DNA of 64,000 nt from Octopus vulgaris (lineage: Eukaryota): NCBI GenBank assembly GCA_951406725.2, contig OX597816.1, positions 96,348,001 to 96,412,000 of the forward strand. Direction: 5' to 3'. The notes below the pieces were generated by a model. That model saw nothing but the letters and a program-made list of their open reading frames with translations. It had not been told where the DNA came from and ran no database searches. Numbering within the stretch: position 1 is the stretch's first letter; the number at the start of each line of letters is the position of its first letter. This document shows positions 1-12,880 of this stretch, piece by piece. Position numbers and translations under genes: made by a program.

Positions 1-218
1 CTTATATGAGAGTTTCTCTCATGGTATCTACCGCAGTAAAGTTTATTGCAACGTTTAAGAGGTAATAAATATTACCTCTCAGTGAGATTAGACTCCTGTT
101 TCAACAAACTCAGTATTTTAGGAATATGTAATTTTCCTTGTCTCATAAATCTAAAAAAATCTAACGTTCAAGATAAAAAGGTTGTGATGTGCATTCCGTT
201 TTTATGGTTCGTTTCTGT

Positions 219-285
<67 letters not shown>

Positions 286-440
286 CGGTCTCTCTATCTC
301 ACCCTCTCAATGAGAATGTATGTACGTATGTTTAAATGTCGAATTATGATAAAATCAATTTTACAATAAACTGAAGGATTACTCAATTATTTTCTGTAGA
401 GTACATACTTATTATTCTTTAACAAGCGTAGTCAGTGTTT

Positions 441-488
441 TCAGTGACTTCGAAGTTTCGGCTTGTTAAAACTTCATCAGGCAGTTTG
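441..488 (-). ncRNA. Degenerate hammerhead-like motif
   Basis: Minus strand: CTGATGA AGTTTTAACAAGCC GAAA CTTCGAAG TC. Palindromic ACTTCGAAGT; stem I not formed. Confidence 0.5.
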
Positions 489-1283
489 TTTTTGGTAATC
501 CGTTGAAGGCTTAACAGTCATATATGATGGTTTCCCCCTCGTTATCGAGTATGGCCATTGCACAAAGCTTAACTGTTATTGGCGCTGTGATCGAATGTGA
601 CTTTTATTTGCTTTTTAAGGCTACAGCCAGCCATTCAGTTGAAACTCACAGAACTATCAACAATCATGAACAATGTTGTTATCGTGCAATGCCTGTGCAA
701 GAAGAATTTTTTTTAAAGTGAGGAAAGGCTGTGCACTGAGTCAATCCCACTCACTAAGCAACAGCAGCCATAATCCGAAAAGAAGAACAAGTCAACATCA
801 TCGGTAACCACTGAGCTGCAGGTTTTATGTTGGAGTTATCCCAGTTACCTGAGTTACCGTCTCCTAGAAGGATGCCCTAACAAAGGTTAGGAGTCCTTCA
901 CTTCCAATGGTTTAATCCGCGCGTTCGGGTGTTCAGTCCAATTATTTATATGTCCCCGCGCATGATACAGCTTTAAGCCTTAAGAGAAAATATATATACA
1001 TATATTGGATGGCCGTTGACTCTCAAGAGTTCCTCCACCCTTTGACGGATTTTGTTTTTCATCCCGCAGGGTGTCCGATAAACACCCTCCTTACCAAGCA
1101 AGCTTGGTGGGGTTGCCGGTTTAGTCGCCGACAGCCCGACCATGCAACAGGTTGTACTGGGTTACATGTTACCAGAAACACTCGAAAATGACCTGACCTG
1201 AAGCAGTCATACATACATACATACTTACATACATACATACAGACAGACAGATAGCCCTATGTCAGAGAATGAGAGGTAGGCTA

Positions 1284-1414
<131 letters not shown>

Positions 1415-1702
1415 ATTTCTAATGTATTCTAAGTGCACGAAATATTACCAGTTGTATTAGGGTTGTATATTTATAGCACATTATACTCATTTACGCCAAT
1501 GTTGTCCGCATAAATTTGGGGGTTGGCTAAAATGCAGAAACATAGCCAAAGAAGGGCAGTCTTAAAGAGGACTGATATCCGTTCGTTTTTGCTGATGGAC
1601 TGATTTGACGAGAACGTAAAATTATTGAAATAGACGTATGAACGTTCCGAATCAATAATAATTTGTTATTCGTTCAGATACATGCATACATACATACATA
1701 TG

Positions 1703-1763
<61 letters not shown>

Positions 1764-2632
1764 AGTAACGACTTCGGCACTCGGGCTGTTCGGGCTTAGC
1801 CAGAGTATAAATTTAGTAAAGTAAACGTGAATTTGCAAATTGATTTAATTTGTGCCAACACTGACTTTAAGTATGTAATCGCAGCGAATAACTCGGGTTC
1901 CTTTTATTGAACCTCGTCGCAGTTCCTTTATTTTCGTTCTGCGTCTGGCAGTCGTCTTTTAGGTGCCCTGTATCAAAAAATATCTTTCGTAGCAGACGTT
2001 CTCTCGACATTGTTCACATGCCTCTGACTCGGGATCAGAAGTTACAACTCGAGTTGCCATCAATAATCGTAAAAATTAAAGTAATTCGAATTCAATGTTT
2101 TCTTGAAACAATAGATTTTTATTGAGATTAGGAATTAAATTCCAATCCATGAAAATTTCCGTTCTACAATATTCTTAAAGAGACGAAAACTTATCCAGTA
2201 ACTCGGGCTAATACGAACGAGCCTGGTAGGTGTAAAAGACTGACATCTCTTGTCAAGAGTACAGGTGGCTGTTATAGCGGTGATATTTCTTGTGCACTCC
2301 GCTGTCGTTATTTGATTGTTGTTATTCTGCGTGTCTGTGAGTAAAGATCAATTGTGTTTTGTAGGGTTGCTTTATTTTTATCCTTAACTTAGAAATGGAG
2401 AAAGACACAGTGTTAGATACAAAAGATAAGCCATTTGGGGTGAGAAATATTGCGGAAAAACGTGAAACTCTATAATGAGCCCGAGTGATGCTGATGACTT
2501 GGCGTCGCCTCTGATATATATATATATAAGCGCTAATGATCTAAGTGATATGATATATATATATAAAATGTAATATATAAATAAATATCTGTAAATATAA
2601 ACCATCCGATCTTTTGATTACCTCATTTCTTC

Positions 2633-2696
<64 letters not shown>

Positions 2697-2700
<4 letters not shown>

Positions 2701-4101
2701 ATGACATCGACTTCCTGTCCCTTCTTCCCAAAACAACTGATACGAATTCACTTCTACTTAGTCTTGATGTGGTAAGTCTTTACACCAATATTCCATACGC
2801 TTTAGGAACAAAGGCGAATAAATACTGGGTTGAAAACCACAGAGAAGTGATTCCTAACAGATTTCAGTGCCATTTATATTAGACATATTCTGGAAAACAG
2901 CACATTCTTCTTCAATTAAAAGAAGCACATCCAAATTAAAGACATTAAAGACATCGTCTACGCGATCTCTGTAATAGGATACTTAGAACGACAACTCTAC
3001 CAAGAAGTAGTGGAAAGCTATGACACTAAATTTAGAAAGTATATTGAAAAAGCATGGAAGAGATACCTTGACGATTGCTTCATAATCTGGACAGAATCTC
3101 TAAATACTCTGGAAGAGTTCAATATCCTCCTGAACAGCCTACACCCGTCTCTCCAATTCACAAAGGAGATGGGTAGTATCAAATTACCATTCCTAATTAT
3201 AACGGTAATTAAAAAGAACATCACCATTACCACCGATTATACTATAAAAACACGGACACACATCAGTACCTGATTTTTAAGTCGTGCCATCCACTACATA
3301 CGAAACGCAACATCCCATACTGTCTAGCCAGAAGAATTTGTACCATTGTAGAAGATGCGAATATCAGAAACAAACGCCTAGCAGAACTAAGAGAATTTTT
3401 GCTCAAACAAAATACCCGTCTCTACTTATGGAAAATGGCATACAGTGGGCTATAAAAATACTCATACAACAACTGAAGACAACCCAAAGAAGAGGAAAAC
3501 AAGAACAAGCCATACCATTTATAGTGACACACAACCCATGTCACCAGAATATCGTCAACATCGCTAAAGCAAACCTACCAATCATTGTTCAAATTAATGA
3601 ATTAAAAGATATAATCACAGATCGAGTTATGGTTCTTAGTAAAGGACAGCCTAAAACTTCAAAAAATTATTAACAAAGGCAAAATTTGACCTTAGCAACA
3701 AAGACGAATCATCCACTGTATCTAAATGCAATGATAGCCGGAGTGGCACATGCCAATTCATACATACCAGCCAATATATGAGCACAAAAACCGGAAAAAT
3801 ATTCACAAACGCAAAAATGAACTGCAAGAGCAGAAATTTACTTTACTGCATCAAATGTTGAAATTGTGAAGAACTATATGAGGGTCGGACTGGAAATGCA
3901 CTATCAGAATGTTCACATGTGCACCGACAGCAAATTAGAGACCCAGATGTGCATCAGATTCCTTTGAATAACCATCTAGCAACAGGTAGTCGGAAAATAT
4001 TTATATTTCTATTCCACAAACTACACAGTTCAAGTGAAATCGAGAGAAAAATTAGATAAAAGAACTTTAATAGATTCCAAGCCAAGCTAAATAAACAATA
4101 A
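2697..4101 (+). pseudogene. Penelope-like element (probably Neptune-type) ORF: reverse transcriptase, Cys-rich linker and C-terminal GIY-YIG endonuclease, frameshifted
   Basis: RT motifs LDVVSLYTNIP, WKRYLDDCFIIW, LNSLHPSLQFTKE, SCHPLHTKRNIPYCLARRICTIV. From 3661: KCNDSRSGTC...NCKSRNLLYCIKC*NCEELYEGRTG...HRQQIRDP. Several stops and frameshifts; 5'-truncated against a (TA)n tract. Confidence 0.92.
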
Positions 4102-4581
4102 TAATAATACTTAGAGGTACTATCTCTTCTGCTACGACCACAGCCACTAACAACAACAATACTAAAGGTTCTCATGATGACGATAGCAGGAAAATACTAA
4201 GCTAAGTCAAGAGAAAAGTCAATAAAAATAATATTTAGGGGTTAAAGTTCTATTACCACAGCTACTCCTACTACTACCACCACCACCAACAATAATAAAG
4301 GTGATGATAATGGTGATGATGATAATTGAAATGAAAAATCCCTGGGAAATGTTTACATTTCTAAAAGTAGCTAAACAATTACTGCTTTAGCCAGGCTCAA
4401 AATACAGGTCTCTTGACATGTTCAACAAACCGTGACGCCTAAATCAAACACCAGTCAACTTGAGTAATTTAGTAAAGCCAAACACTGATTGGTCAGAATA
4501 CAGTTTGCAAAACTTAACATTCTGGAGCCTGTACAAATGTATCTTCTAGCGAAAATCAGTCAACGTATTGACTGAATTATA

Positions 4582-4809
4582 CAGGGTGGCCCAAAAGTAG
4601 GTTTACAGTTATTCAACTATCACTTTTGCATTCATATATTAACAGTTTAGAGCTTAAATATAAAAAAATATGAAACCAAGATAATTTAGTTAATTTTGTC
4701 AAGCTCCCTTTTCAGCTTGTCAGATAGAAATTTAAATAGAATAAAATATTTTAAAAGAAATTTAAAGTGTATACGTTATAACTGTAAACCTAATTTTTGG
4801 ACCAACCTG
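4582..4809. mobile_element. Tc1/mariner-type MITE nested in the PLE 3' region
   Basis: ~30-bp TIR cagggtggcccaaaagtaggtttacagtt / aactgtaaacctaatttttggaccaacctg, with TA on both sides. Confidence 0.85.
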
Positions 4810-4862
4810 TATATAAAGGTATAGCTTTATTAAGTTCGTTCACAGCTGCCTCTCTTAGATAC

Positions 4863-4908
4863 ATCTCATTGACAAGGGTAAAAAACTCGAAACATTTATG
4901 TCTGAGAT
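4863..4908 (+). ncRNA. Type I hammerhead ribozyme, U3-A8 core variant
   Basis: ATCTCA | TTGACAA | GGGT-AAAAA-ACTC | GAAA | CATTTATG | TC | TGAGAT: 6-bp stem I, 4-bp stem II (one G-U), near-palindromic stem III, GUC site. Confidence 0.75.
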
Positions 4909-5077
4909 TCCCGATAGATGGTGACACTGAACGAACTGGGTGTTTTCACACCTTTTTACCATAAGAGAGATGTTTTTTTCCACGGTAACTGTAGTGTATT
5001 TGCTTTTAGGAGTTTAGTTAAAATATGTAACAAACATATTTCAACTAACCTAAATTCTGCTCATACCTAAACACTGC

Positions 5078-5482
5078 GGTACACTTTTTGGTTATCTCAC
5101 CACCATCACAAAATTAGGTTATCTAAAAAAATTGTTTAACCCTCAATAAAACAAAAACAAAAAAAATGAAAAAATTAATAAACATGAAAAGCGAAAAGAT
5201 TAAACGTCTTATTGAATCTGATAATATTTTTATAACAAATCATACGAAACTGCAAAAAATTAATAAATAAGAAAATTCAAAAGATTAAACATCTTACTGA
5301 ACCTGATCAGATTTTTATAACAAATCATAGCATGCCTATTGAGGAGGCGAAAAGTCAAAAATGTGCTGAAGTATTGAATAATTCAATCCCTCATCATCAC
5401 ATAAACTCAATATTTTAGTGGGGAGATAACCCAATTTTTTAATGGCAATTTTTTAATGGGTGTGAGATAAGCAAAAAGTACC
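5078..5482. mobile_element. MITE with 8-bp TSD (Merlin-like; hAT not excluded)
   Basis: Imperfect TIRs GGTAC..tttttggttatctcac / gtgagataagcaaaaagtacc. Exact TSD AACACTGC at 5070-5077 and 5483-5490. Internal ~50-bp direct repeat. Confidence 0.8.
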
Positions 5483-5558
5483 AACACTGCTTTGCGCCTA
5501 TGCACCATATATATGTGTGTATGTGTTTTTATACATACTATGCGGGGTTTTTATACTT

Positions 5559-6457
5559 CATAAATAATGCTTGTTTTTTATACTTTTATTTTTCAAAATT
5601 AAGAAAAATTAAATTCTTTTAATACTCTCCTTCATTCTCTACAATGCTCTTCCATATATCTGGTAGGCTTGCAAGCTTCCTCTTCCAAGATTCATTTGTT
5701 TGTGAAGAAAAATACTCCTCCAGTATTACTTTAACCTTGTCTACTGAAAACATATTTTTTTCCGTCCAAATGATTTTGAAGATTGCGGAATAAATGATAA
5801 TCAGATAGGGTAATGTCCGGCGAATATGGTGGGTGGGGCATTGTTTCCCATTGAAACTGGACCAGCCTTTGGAATGTCATGGTCGATACACGTGGCCGAG
5901 TATTATCCTCTTGGAAAAAATACCTTTCGATTTGAAACCAAAGATGCTCTTTTTCCGATGGCATACACGTGTCAATGAATAGTTGACTGACCAAATCCAA
6001 GCCTCTCTGCTAGTTCTTTGGCAGTTACGATGACGTTTTTTTGCCACCAGGGTTTGCAGGACGTTCTCGCCAAGCGCTACAGATCTTCCACGACTAGGCT
6101 CGTCTTAAAGGCTGTAGTTTTCGGCTCGGAATTTCTGAAACCACCGTTGACACAAGCTTATGTTTATTGTCCGATCCCCATATATTGTATTGATATTCCT
6201 TAGACTTTCTGTTGCGTTGTTTGTTGCCTTTATTGAACTCATAAATATGCCGAATATGCTCCTTTGTCACTTCCATTATAGCTTTGAAAAAATAACAGTT
6301 AAAATCGAACTGCACTCTTCAGAACTTGCACTGAGAATAAGTACACAGTAAAATTACTACCTGCTTTTATAGCAAGTTGATGCAGGTAGTTTATGCCGCA
6401 CTCCGACTTTTAGTTCATGCAATTGAAAAAACCGCATTATTCATGGGATGACCCAAA
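5559..6457 (-). mobile_element. Degenerate mariner element
   Basis: MEVTKEHIRHIYEFNKG N-terminus; FQEDNTRPR and WETMPHPPYSPDITLSDYHLFRNLQNHLDGK. TIR remnant gggtcatcccatgaataatgcggttttt. Confidence 0.9.
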
Positions 6458-7518
6458 CAATATATATATAATATTTAGATATATACGAAACAACATTTAG
6501 TAGGAGTCACATATATTATTATTTAAAACAGTTTGATTCGGTTCCGAGGCACTTCAAATTCCGCAGGACCCTAACTGGAGCCCGACTCTTTCAGGCTTCT
6601 GGAATGTGGAACAGAGAGATTTAGGAAATCCAAAATGGATATTCATACATACATACATACATACATACATACATACATACATACATACATACATACATAC
6701 AAACAAACATACATACATACATACATACATACATACATACATACATACATACATACATACATACATACATAGCCAGCTATCAATGGCTATATGTTAAGCA
6801 TACTTAACGCTTAGTTTGTATATAATGTCCATAGGCCAGTTTCGGCAGTATTTATTCTGAGATAACTTCTCTTATGAATTTGCCCTGTTAAAAATACAAG
6901 AAATGTAAGAGAGAAGCGAAGATTTGTCCCCGAAGCGTCCAGTGAGATGTGTTTTGGCCATTTTGGCAAGTCCATCTTATCTCAGGACAGATACCGCGGT
7001 AAGTAGTTTTATACGTAAATCAGAGTGGTCAGTGGCGCGTATTTGAACAACATATAAAAAAATATTCGGATATATAAAATCCCATACAGCATAAATTCTA
7101 GATGTATTACAAATATATGCTCCTCTACAAAATGTGTCATAATTACCAAATAACAATTTAAACCAGTTCCACTTGAGAAGGAAACATAAACCCAGAATGA
7201 AGATTATCCAAAAGTGACATGTCTTAAAACCTCTCAAGTAGGGTCCGTATGATTCTTGGGAATCCATATAAGATTTTGTTGTTAAAATTTGTGCAATAAA
7301 TTGTTTAATTTTTAAATGTCTTTTTACGCAATTTCTACTAATATTTAATTATAAAAATATAATTTAGTTATGATAGATGTAATTTTTAAACATCGAATGG
7401 TTATGGTGGTAGGATGGGGCGGGGCAGTAGAGTGAAATAGGAATCAAAAGGGTCCATTCTTGAGACACACTATTTTAAAGGAAAAGCACAGGATTATTAA
7501 CTGGAGATTAGAGGAGAG

Positions 7519-7561
7519 TCATGCATATGTGTTTCTCGCTTAATAGCTGTCATCAGCATGA
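7519..7561 (-). ncRNA. Degenerate hammerhead-like motif
   Basis: Minus strand: TCATG CTGATGA CA-GCT-ATTA-AGC-GA GAAA CACATA TG CATGA. 5-bp stem I; the cleavage position is G, so likely inactive. Confidence 0.45.
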
Positions 7562-9033
7562 TAAATGCTTATTTATACCGAAAAAATAGAAAACATTTAT
7601 TGCCAATGTAATTTCAGTGTTTATTACTTTAAGTTTATTTGTGGCACTTTAGTTCTTCGTTTAAATCTTCCCTGTAGAGATTTATTCTTCATCTCATCAT
7701 ACCGTAAAAATATCGCATATATGAACCAATGAAGCTGGTTGTTGGCTCTGCGAGAAACAATAGCCAAATTTCTTCCAAATGCACTTTACCATCTAAAAAC
7801 TAATGAGAGGGAAAAAGAGAAATAAAGAGAGAATGGGGGATCACACTGGATTACATACCAAAGAAATGGAACACTTTTCGCCATACGTCTGCTGAATGAG
7901 ATTAAACTTAGGGCTAAACATGAATATCGTATGTTTCCTTATACGAACATTGGAAATCAGAATTTTAAAACCTTTCGCGGCTTAAAATGAACACATTAAC
8001 AATTAACACAATATTGATCTTTAACACTAAAAGAAAGCGGGCGTACATTTGGTAATAATAGATCACTTATTGAGTTGTGACGTATCAGAAAATTGGATGT
8101 TATTAATGAAATAAAAGTGATTCTAAGGGGAGACAGTTGGATTTCTGAAAGTGAGAAGCCTTTAAATTTCTAAATATGTCCTGCCTTTCTCGACTTCTGT
8201 TAGCCTTTATGATTGAGAATTCAACATTTGACACTTTGAAAAAGAAATTTCGATTAAGTAATATAAGAAATCTGTGCTGAAACTGTGTATTTAATAATAG
8301 AAATAATAGTTATCCTTACACACTGTTACTTGTATAATATACGCATATAAATACAATCAATGCACATTACAGATAGTTTTACTGTGTTGGTTAAATTTAA
8401 CAGGTATGATTGGTAATAGAGGTCAACAGTGAGACAAAAATAATTTGTAGCAGATATGACATTGATTTAGTTGCGTGCGTCTGGAAACGATGGAATAAAA
8501 GAACTCACAGAAAAACATCAAATGACGAATCAATTTTGAACAGAACTATCTTAAAAATGCTTCCTCTCTCTCTGAAGCAATGTAATAACACGCCACTACT
8601 AGCGGTTGATTATATTAATTCTTTACAATTTACTAAATTATGTTTCCGACCTAAGGTTACATATTTTAGATATAATTTATCCAAATAATATTCATCGGGA
8701 ATGTCACACGCAAGTTCTTCGTATAATATTGATTTTTTATAGCCTGAAAACCAAATTTTATGAGGATTTCATTATATCGTCTATGATATTGAAGAAAAGA
8801 TTCGTTGTTCGTGTTCCATCGATGGCAATGTATAATGTCATAAGCAAAGTATTTAAGTATTGCCTGGCCAAATTAGTGAGTCATAAGTAGCTGCTTCAAA
8901 GCTTGATCGGTGTAGAAAGCCGAAGCACTTTAAAATTTATATATATTGCTGTTATTGTGATGCTGTGGAGATTAAATAAAAAGCTAAAGGCAAACATATA
9001 TACATGTACACACATACCCTCTATTTTTATTGT

Positions 9034-9191
9034 GGAGTGGCTGTGTGGTAAGTAGTTTGCTAACCAGCCACATGGTTCCGGGTTCAGTCCCACTGCGTGG
9101 CATCTTGGGCAAGTCTCTTCTACTATAGCCCCGGGCCGACCAATGCCTTGTGAGTGGATTTGGCAGACGGAAAATGAAAGAAGCCTGTCGT
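9034..9191 (+). mobile_element. tRNA-derived CORE-like SINE
   Basis: A box TGGCTGTGTGG, B box GGTTCAGTCCC, CORE-like CTTGGGCAAGT. Homologous to 24952-25285. Confidence 0.85.
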
Positions 9192-9192
9192 A

Positions 9193-9238
<46 letters not shown>

Positions 9239-9409
9239 CACAAACGCTTATATGTTAATGTGTGCTGGTTGTACGCTCGTACATGAAGACAATACGAAAC
9301 TGACCGGGGAAAAAACCAAAGAACACATATACGTTGAAGGTGAGACATGCTTTTAGAATAAATCGTAGCTAGTAACTTCGAAGTAACACCGACTGCACGT
9401 TTCAGATAT

Positions 9410-9454
<45 letters not shown>

Positions 9455-9883
9455 CGGGCGTGTGTGTGTGTGTGTGTTTGAGTGAGAGTGTGTGTGTGTG
9501 TGTGTGAATGAGAGTGAGTATACATATGCATTATGTGTTTGTTTCTTTGCTCGTTTAGAAATGTAGCATATGGGCCTGCAGTATATTTCCTTGTAAATTC
9601 GATGCCAGTTTGCAGCGGTTCACGCTGGTGTAACGAGCATCGCTGTGAAAAACAGCGGGTTCAAGTATCCTTGGCAAGCTTCTCTAACTTACCCCAACCG
9701 TTTACTGGCTTCTGAATGTATTTAAATCGAAACGCTATATATCATTTTGCTTTATATATCATATCATTCATGCACATCCACACACACACACGCACGCTCA
9801 CGTGCGCGCAGACTTATTTCTTCATCGCATCTTACGGTAAAAAATATTGCACACATGAGCCAATCAAGCTGGTTGTTAACTTC

Positions 9884-9916
<33 letters not shown>

Positions 9917-10617
9917 TGTATGTATGTATGTAGAGATGGAAGCTCTGACTAAACGACAATCTTACCTTTCAGATGTCGTCTCTTATTGGTTGTCACATTA
10001 ATTTCGCACAGTTGTTCAATCCTACTGAGGAGGACAATAAAGCACTACAAAGAGCACATCAATGAAAAGAGAAATGATCATAAACTTGAACTAAAGTATT
10101 CTATTATATATTTCAATATTTTTCGTCTATCTGAAGAAGTAATTATGTGGTACATCCACAGATTGCATCTATAGTATAACATGCATTTATGTGCATTATA
10201 TATAATTAAAGATTTTTTTTTTTCTGTATGTATAAAAACAAAGAGCATCGAATGAATAACAAATAATTTAACGTGTGAAATTCAGTTAAATGCTTATTTC
10301 TGAAAAGTTGACATGGCTTTCGAAGTTTCACTGAATCTAGATTTTTAAATTGTATTGCAAGAAGAGATATTGAGCATATGTACAAATTTTAAAAGTAAGC
10401 GAGACACAGGTAATACTAAGGAGCGCAAAGAAATACCGATAGGTGACTATAATATAAAAAAAGTACAAGAGAATTACGCAAAGTAGGTTTGTAATTAATA
10501 TTTAGTCAAAAAAGTAAAATAATTGTTTTGAATTTTGGCACAAGGCCAGTAGTTTTGAAAAATGGATAATATTGTCTCCCGTTCTTGGCGAGTATTTTAA
10601 TGTTCCTAGAAAGATAA

Positions 10618-11034
10618 GGCGGCGAGCTGGCAGAAACGTTAGCACGCCGGGCGAAATGCTTAGCGGTATTTCGTCTGCCGCTACTTTCTGAGTTCAAATT
10701 CCACCGAGGTCGACTTTGCCTTTCATCCTTTCGGGGTCGATTAAATAAGTACCAATTACGCACTGGGGTTGATGTAATCGACTTAATTCGTTTGTCTGTC
10801 CTTGTTTGTCCCCTCTATGTTTAGCCCCTTGTGGGTAGTAAAAAAATAGGTATTTCGTCTGACGCTACGTTCTGAGTTCAAATTCTGCCGAGGTCGATTT
10901 TGCCTTTCATCCTTTCAGGGTCGATAAATTAAGTATCAATTACGCACTGGGGTCGATGTAATCGACTTAATCCATTTGTCTGTCTCTGATAGTCTCCTCT
11001 ATGTTTAGCCCCTTGTGGCTATAAAGAAATAAGA
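10618..11034 (+). mobile_element. tRNA-derived SINE (GGCGGCGAGCTGGCAGAA family) with duplicated 3' part
   Basis: A box TGGCAGAA, B box GAGTTCAAATTCC. The body is repeated from ~10848; many copies occur in the window. Confidence 0.9.
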
Positions 11035-12236
11035 AACATTAAAGGCAAAGTCGACTTCCGCAGAATGTGAGGCAAAAACGTGAAGATACTACCAGCCTGA
11101 CATCTCTCGTCTTGAAATAATGATATAATAAATGTGGGACGAAAGATGGGTACCAAAATATGTATGTCTCTGTAGAGTACTTCATATACATATTGTTTTA
11201 TGAATTATTTTAAGGGTTTATGATTTTAAGGCTGCAGTGACTAGATTGAGAAAAAATTGAGACAATGTTACTGACAGCCATTATCTATAAGAAAGGTGGC
11301 TTTGCAAAACTGTCAAAATATCTATAAAATATTTAATTTTATTTTGAAAAGGAATTAGTTTAGGTATAAAATCGTGGAATAAGTTATTGATTCAAAGTGT
11401 TATTGAATTAAAAAGAAACGGTTTCTTAAGAATGATATCTGCAAAATTTTTATTTTAATAGAAATTTTATTAAAATTTAAACGATTATATAGAATAATTC
11501 TTGATGAAAATTAATGTCAGCGTTTATAAATGTATTCATGATATTTATTTAATATAGTGTGAAAAGGAAAAAAAAAATTAATGTATTAAAAACTCTTAAT
11601 ATGACAAAAACAGATAAGTTTTTCAACAGATTATACTTTATATTTTTTTTACAATTTGTTTATTAAAAATTCTTACAAAAGAGACATGCGCTAATGTTTG
11701 TATGTTGTTTTTGTTTAAGAAAAAATAAAATCAGTATATTTGAGTTGTTATAATACTCACTTATATTTAAATAGAGCTAAGTTTTAGTTATATTATGTTA
11801 AATACAAATGACTTTAAAAAAAACAATTAGCTGTAATCTAAATAAAAACTAAATCTGAAAATAGTTGATATGAATTATTTTAACTACCTTCTTTAAAAAC
11901 GGTGTTTTTAGCAGAATAATATTTTGAATAATTTAAGCTCTTTGTTATGTTTTATAACTAAAATCATTTCTTTCCCAAAAAAAATATAAGATTTTTTTGA
12001 GGTAATATTAATAATACCAATTGTAAACGAAACTGCCTTTATTTTCGAATTTTGCACTCTGTATTTATATATTCACAAACACTCAGAATAAGTTTAATAT
12101 TTTGGTGCAAGGCCAAAAATTTCGAGTAAGTGGGTAAGTCGCTCACAGTGTCCAACCGGTACTTATTTTACCAACCTCGAAAGAAGGAAAGACAAAGTCG
12201 AATTTAATGATATTCATATTAAACACGCCACTTGAA

Positions 12237-12880
12237 GGCGGCGAGGTGGCAGAGTCGATATTACACCGAGTTCATATTTCACCATATTTGAATTTGCTTT
12301 TCATCATTTCGAGGTCGAGAAATTAAGTACCAGTTAAACGCTGGGGTCGAGGTAATCAACTTAAACCCTCCCTAAAAATTGCTGGTTTTGTGCCAAAATT
12401 TTGAAATCATATTAAGCATGCCCCTAGGGTGGCGAGTTGGCAGAATCGTGAGCACGCTGAACAAAATGCTTAACGGTATTTCGCCCGTGTTTACGTTCTG
12501 AGTTCAAGTTCCGTGAAGGCCGAGTTTGCCTTTCATCTTTTCGGGGTCGATTAGCTAAGTACCAGTTGAGTACTGGGGTCGATGTAATCAACTTAAACCC
12601 TCCCTAAAAATTGCTGGTTTTGTGCCAACATTTGGAAACCATATTAAGCATACCCCTAGGGTGGCGAGTTGGCAGAATCGTGAGCACGCTGAACAAAATG
12701 CTTAACGGCATTTCGTCCGTGTTTACGTTCTGAGTTCAAGTTCCGTGAAGGCCGAGTTTGCCTTTCATCTTTTCGGGGTCGATTAAATAAGTACCAGTTG
12801 AGTACTAATGTTGATGTAATCGACTCACCCATTTACCCGAAATCGCTGGCCATGTGCAAAAATTTGACACAAAATATTAA
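12237..12880 (+). mobile_element. Three head-to-tail SINE copies including a 232-bp tandem duplication
   Basis: 12341-12572 and 12573-12804 are near-identical (cccctagggtggcgagttggcagaatcg at 12421 and 12653). Confidence 0.88.

Larger units (their letters stand above)
2697..5030 (+). mobile_element. Penelope-like retroelement including 3' pLTR region
   Basis: The ORF above, followed by a 3' noncoding region that contains a hammerhead motif at 4863-4908. The 3' boundary is approximate. Confidence 0.8.

Noticed and set aside
720-1205. GC-richer segments resembling RTE-type 5' UTRs
   Set aside because: Probably repeats, but no diagnostic motif or second copy to support a call.
3858-3860. In-frame TGA within the GIY-YIG CxxC region, a possible selenocysteine as in Naiad PLEs
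   Set aside because: It falls at a non-Cys position (C*NC), the element has many other lesions, and the endonuclease is C-terminal.
6977-7267. Minus-strand ORF with CNTSRIY...LYVVQ, faintly GIY-YIG-like, downstream of the 7519 motif
   Set aside because: Too degenerate to support by eye; needs a profile search.
10618-10720. tRNA-like heads with A and B boxes
   Set aside because: They continue into SINE bodies and form no complete cloverleaf, so they are not tRNA genes.
12237-12880. Regularly spaced repeats resembling a CRISPR array
   Set aside because: The units are whole SINE copies with duplicated intervening sequence, in a eukaryotic context with no cas genes.
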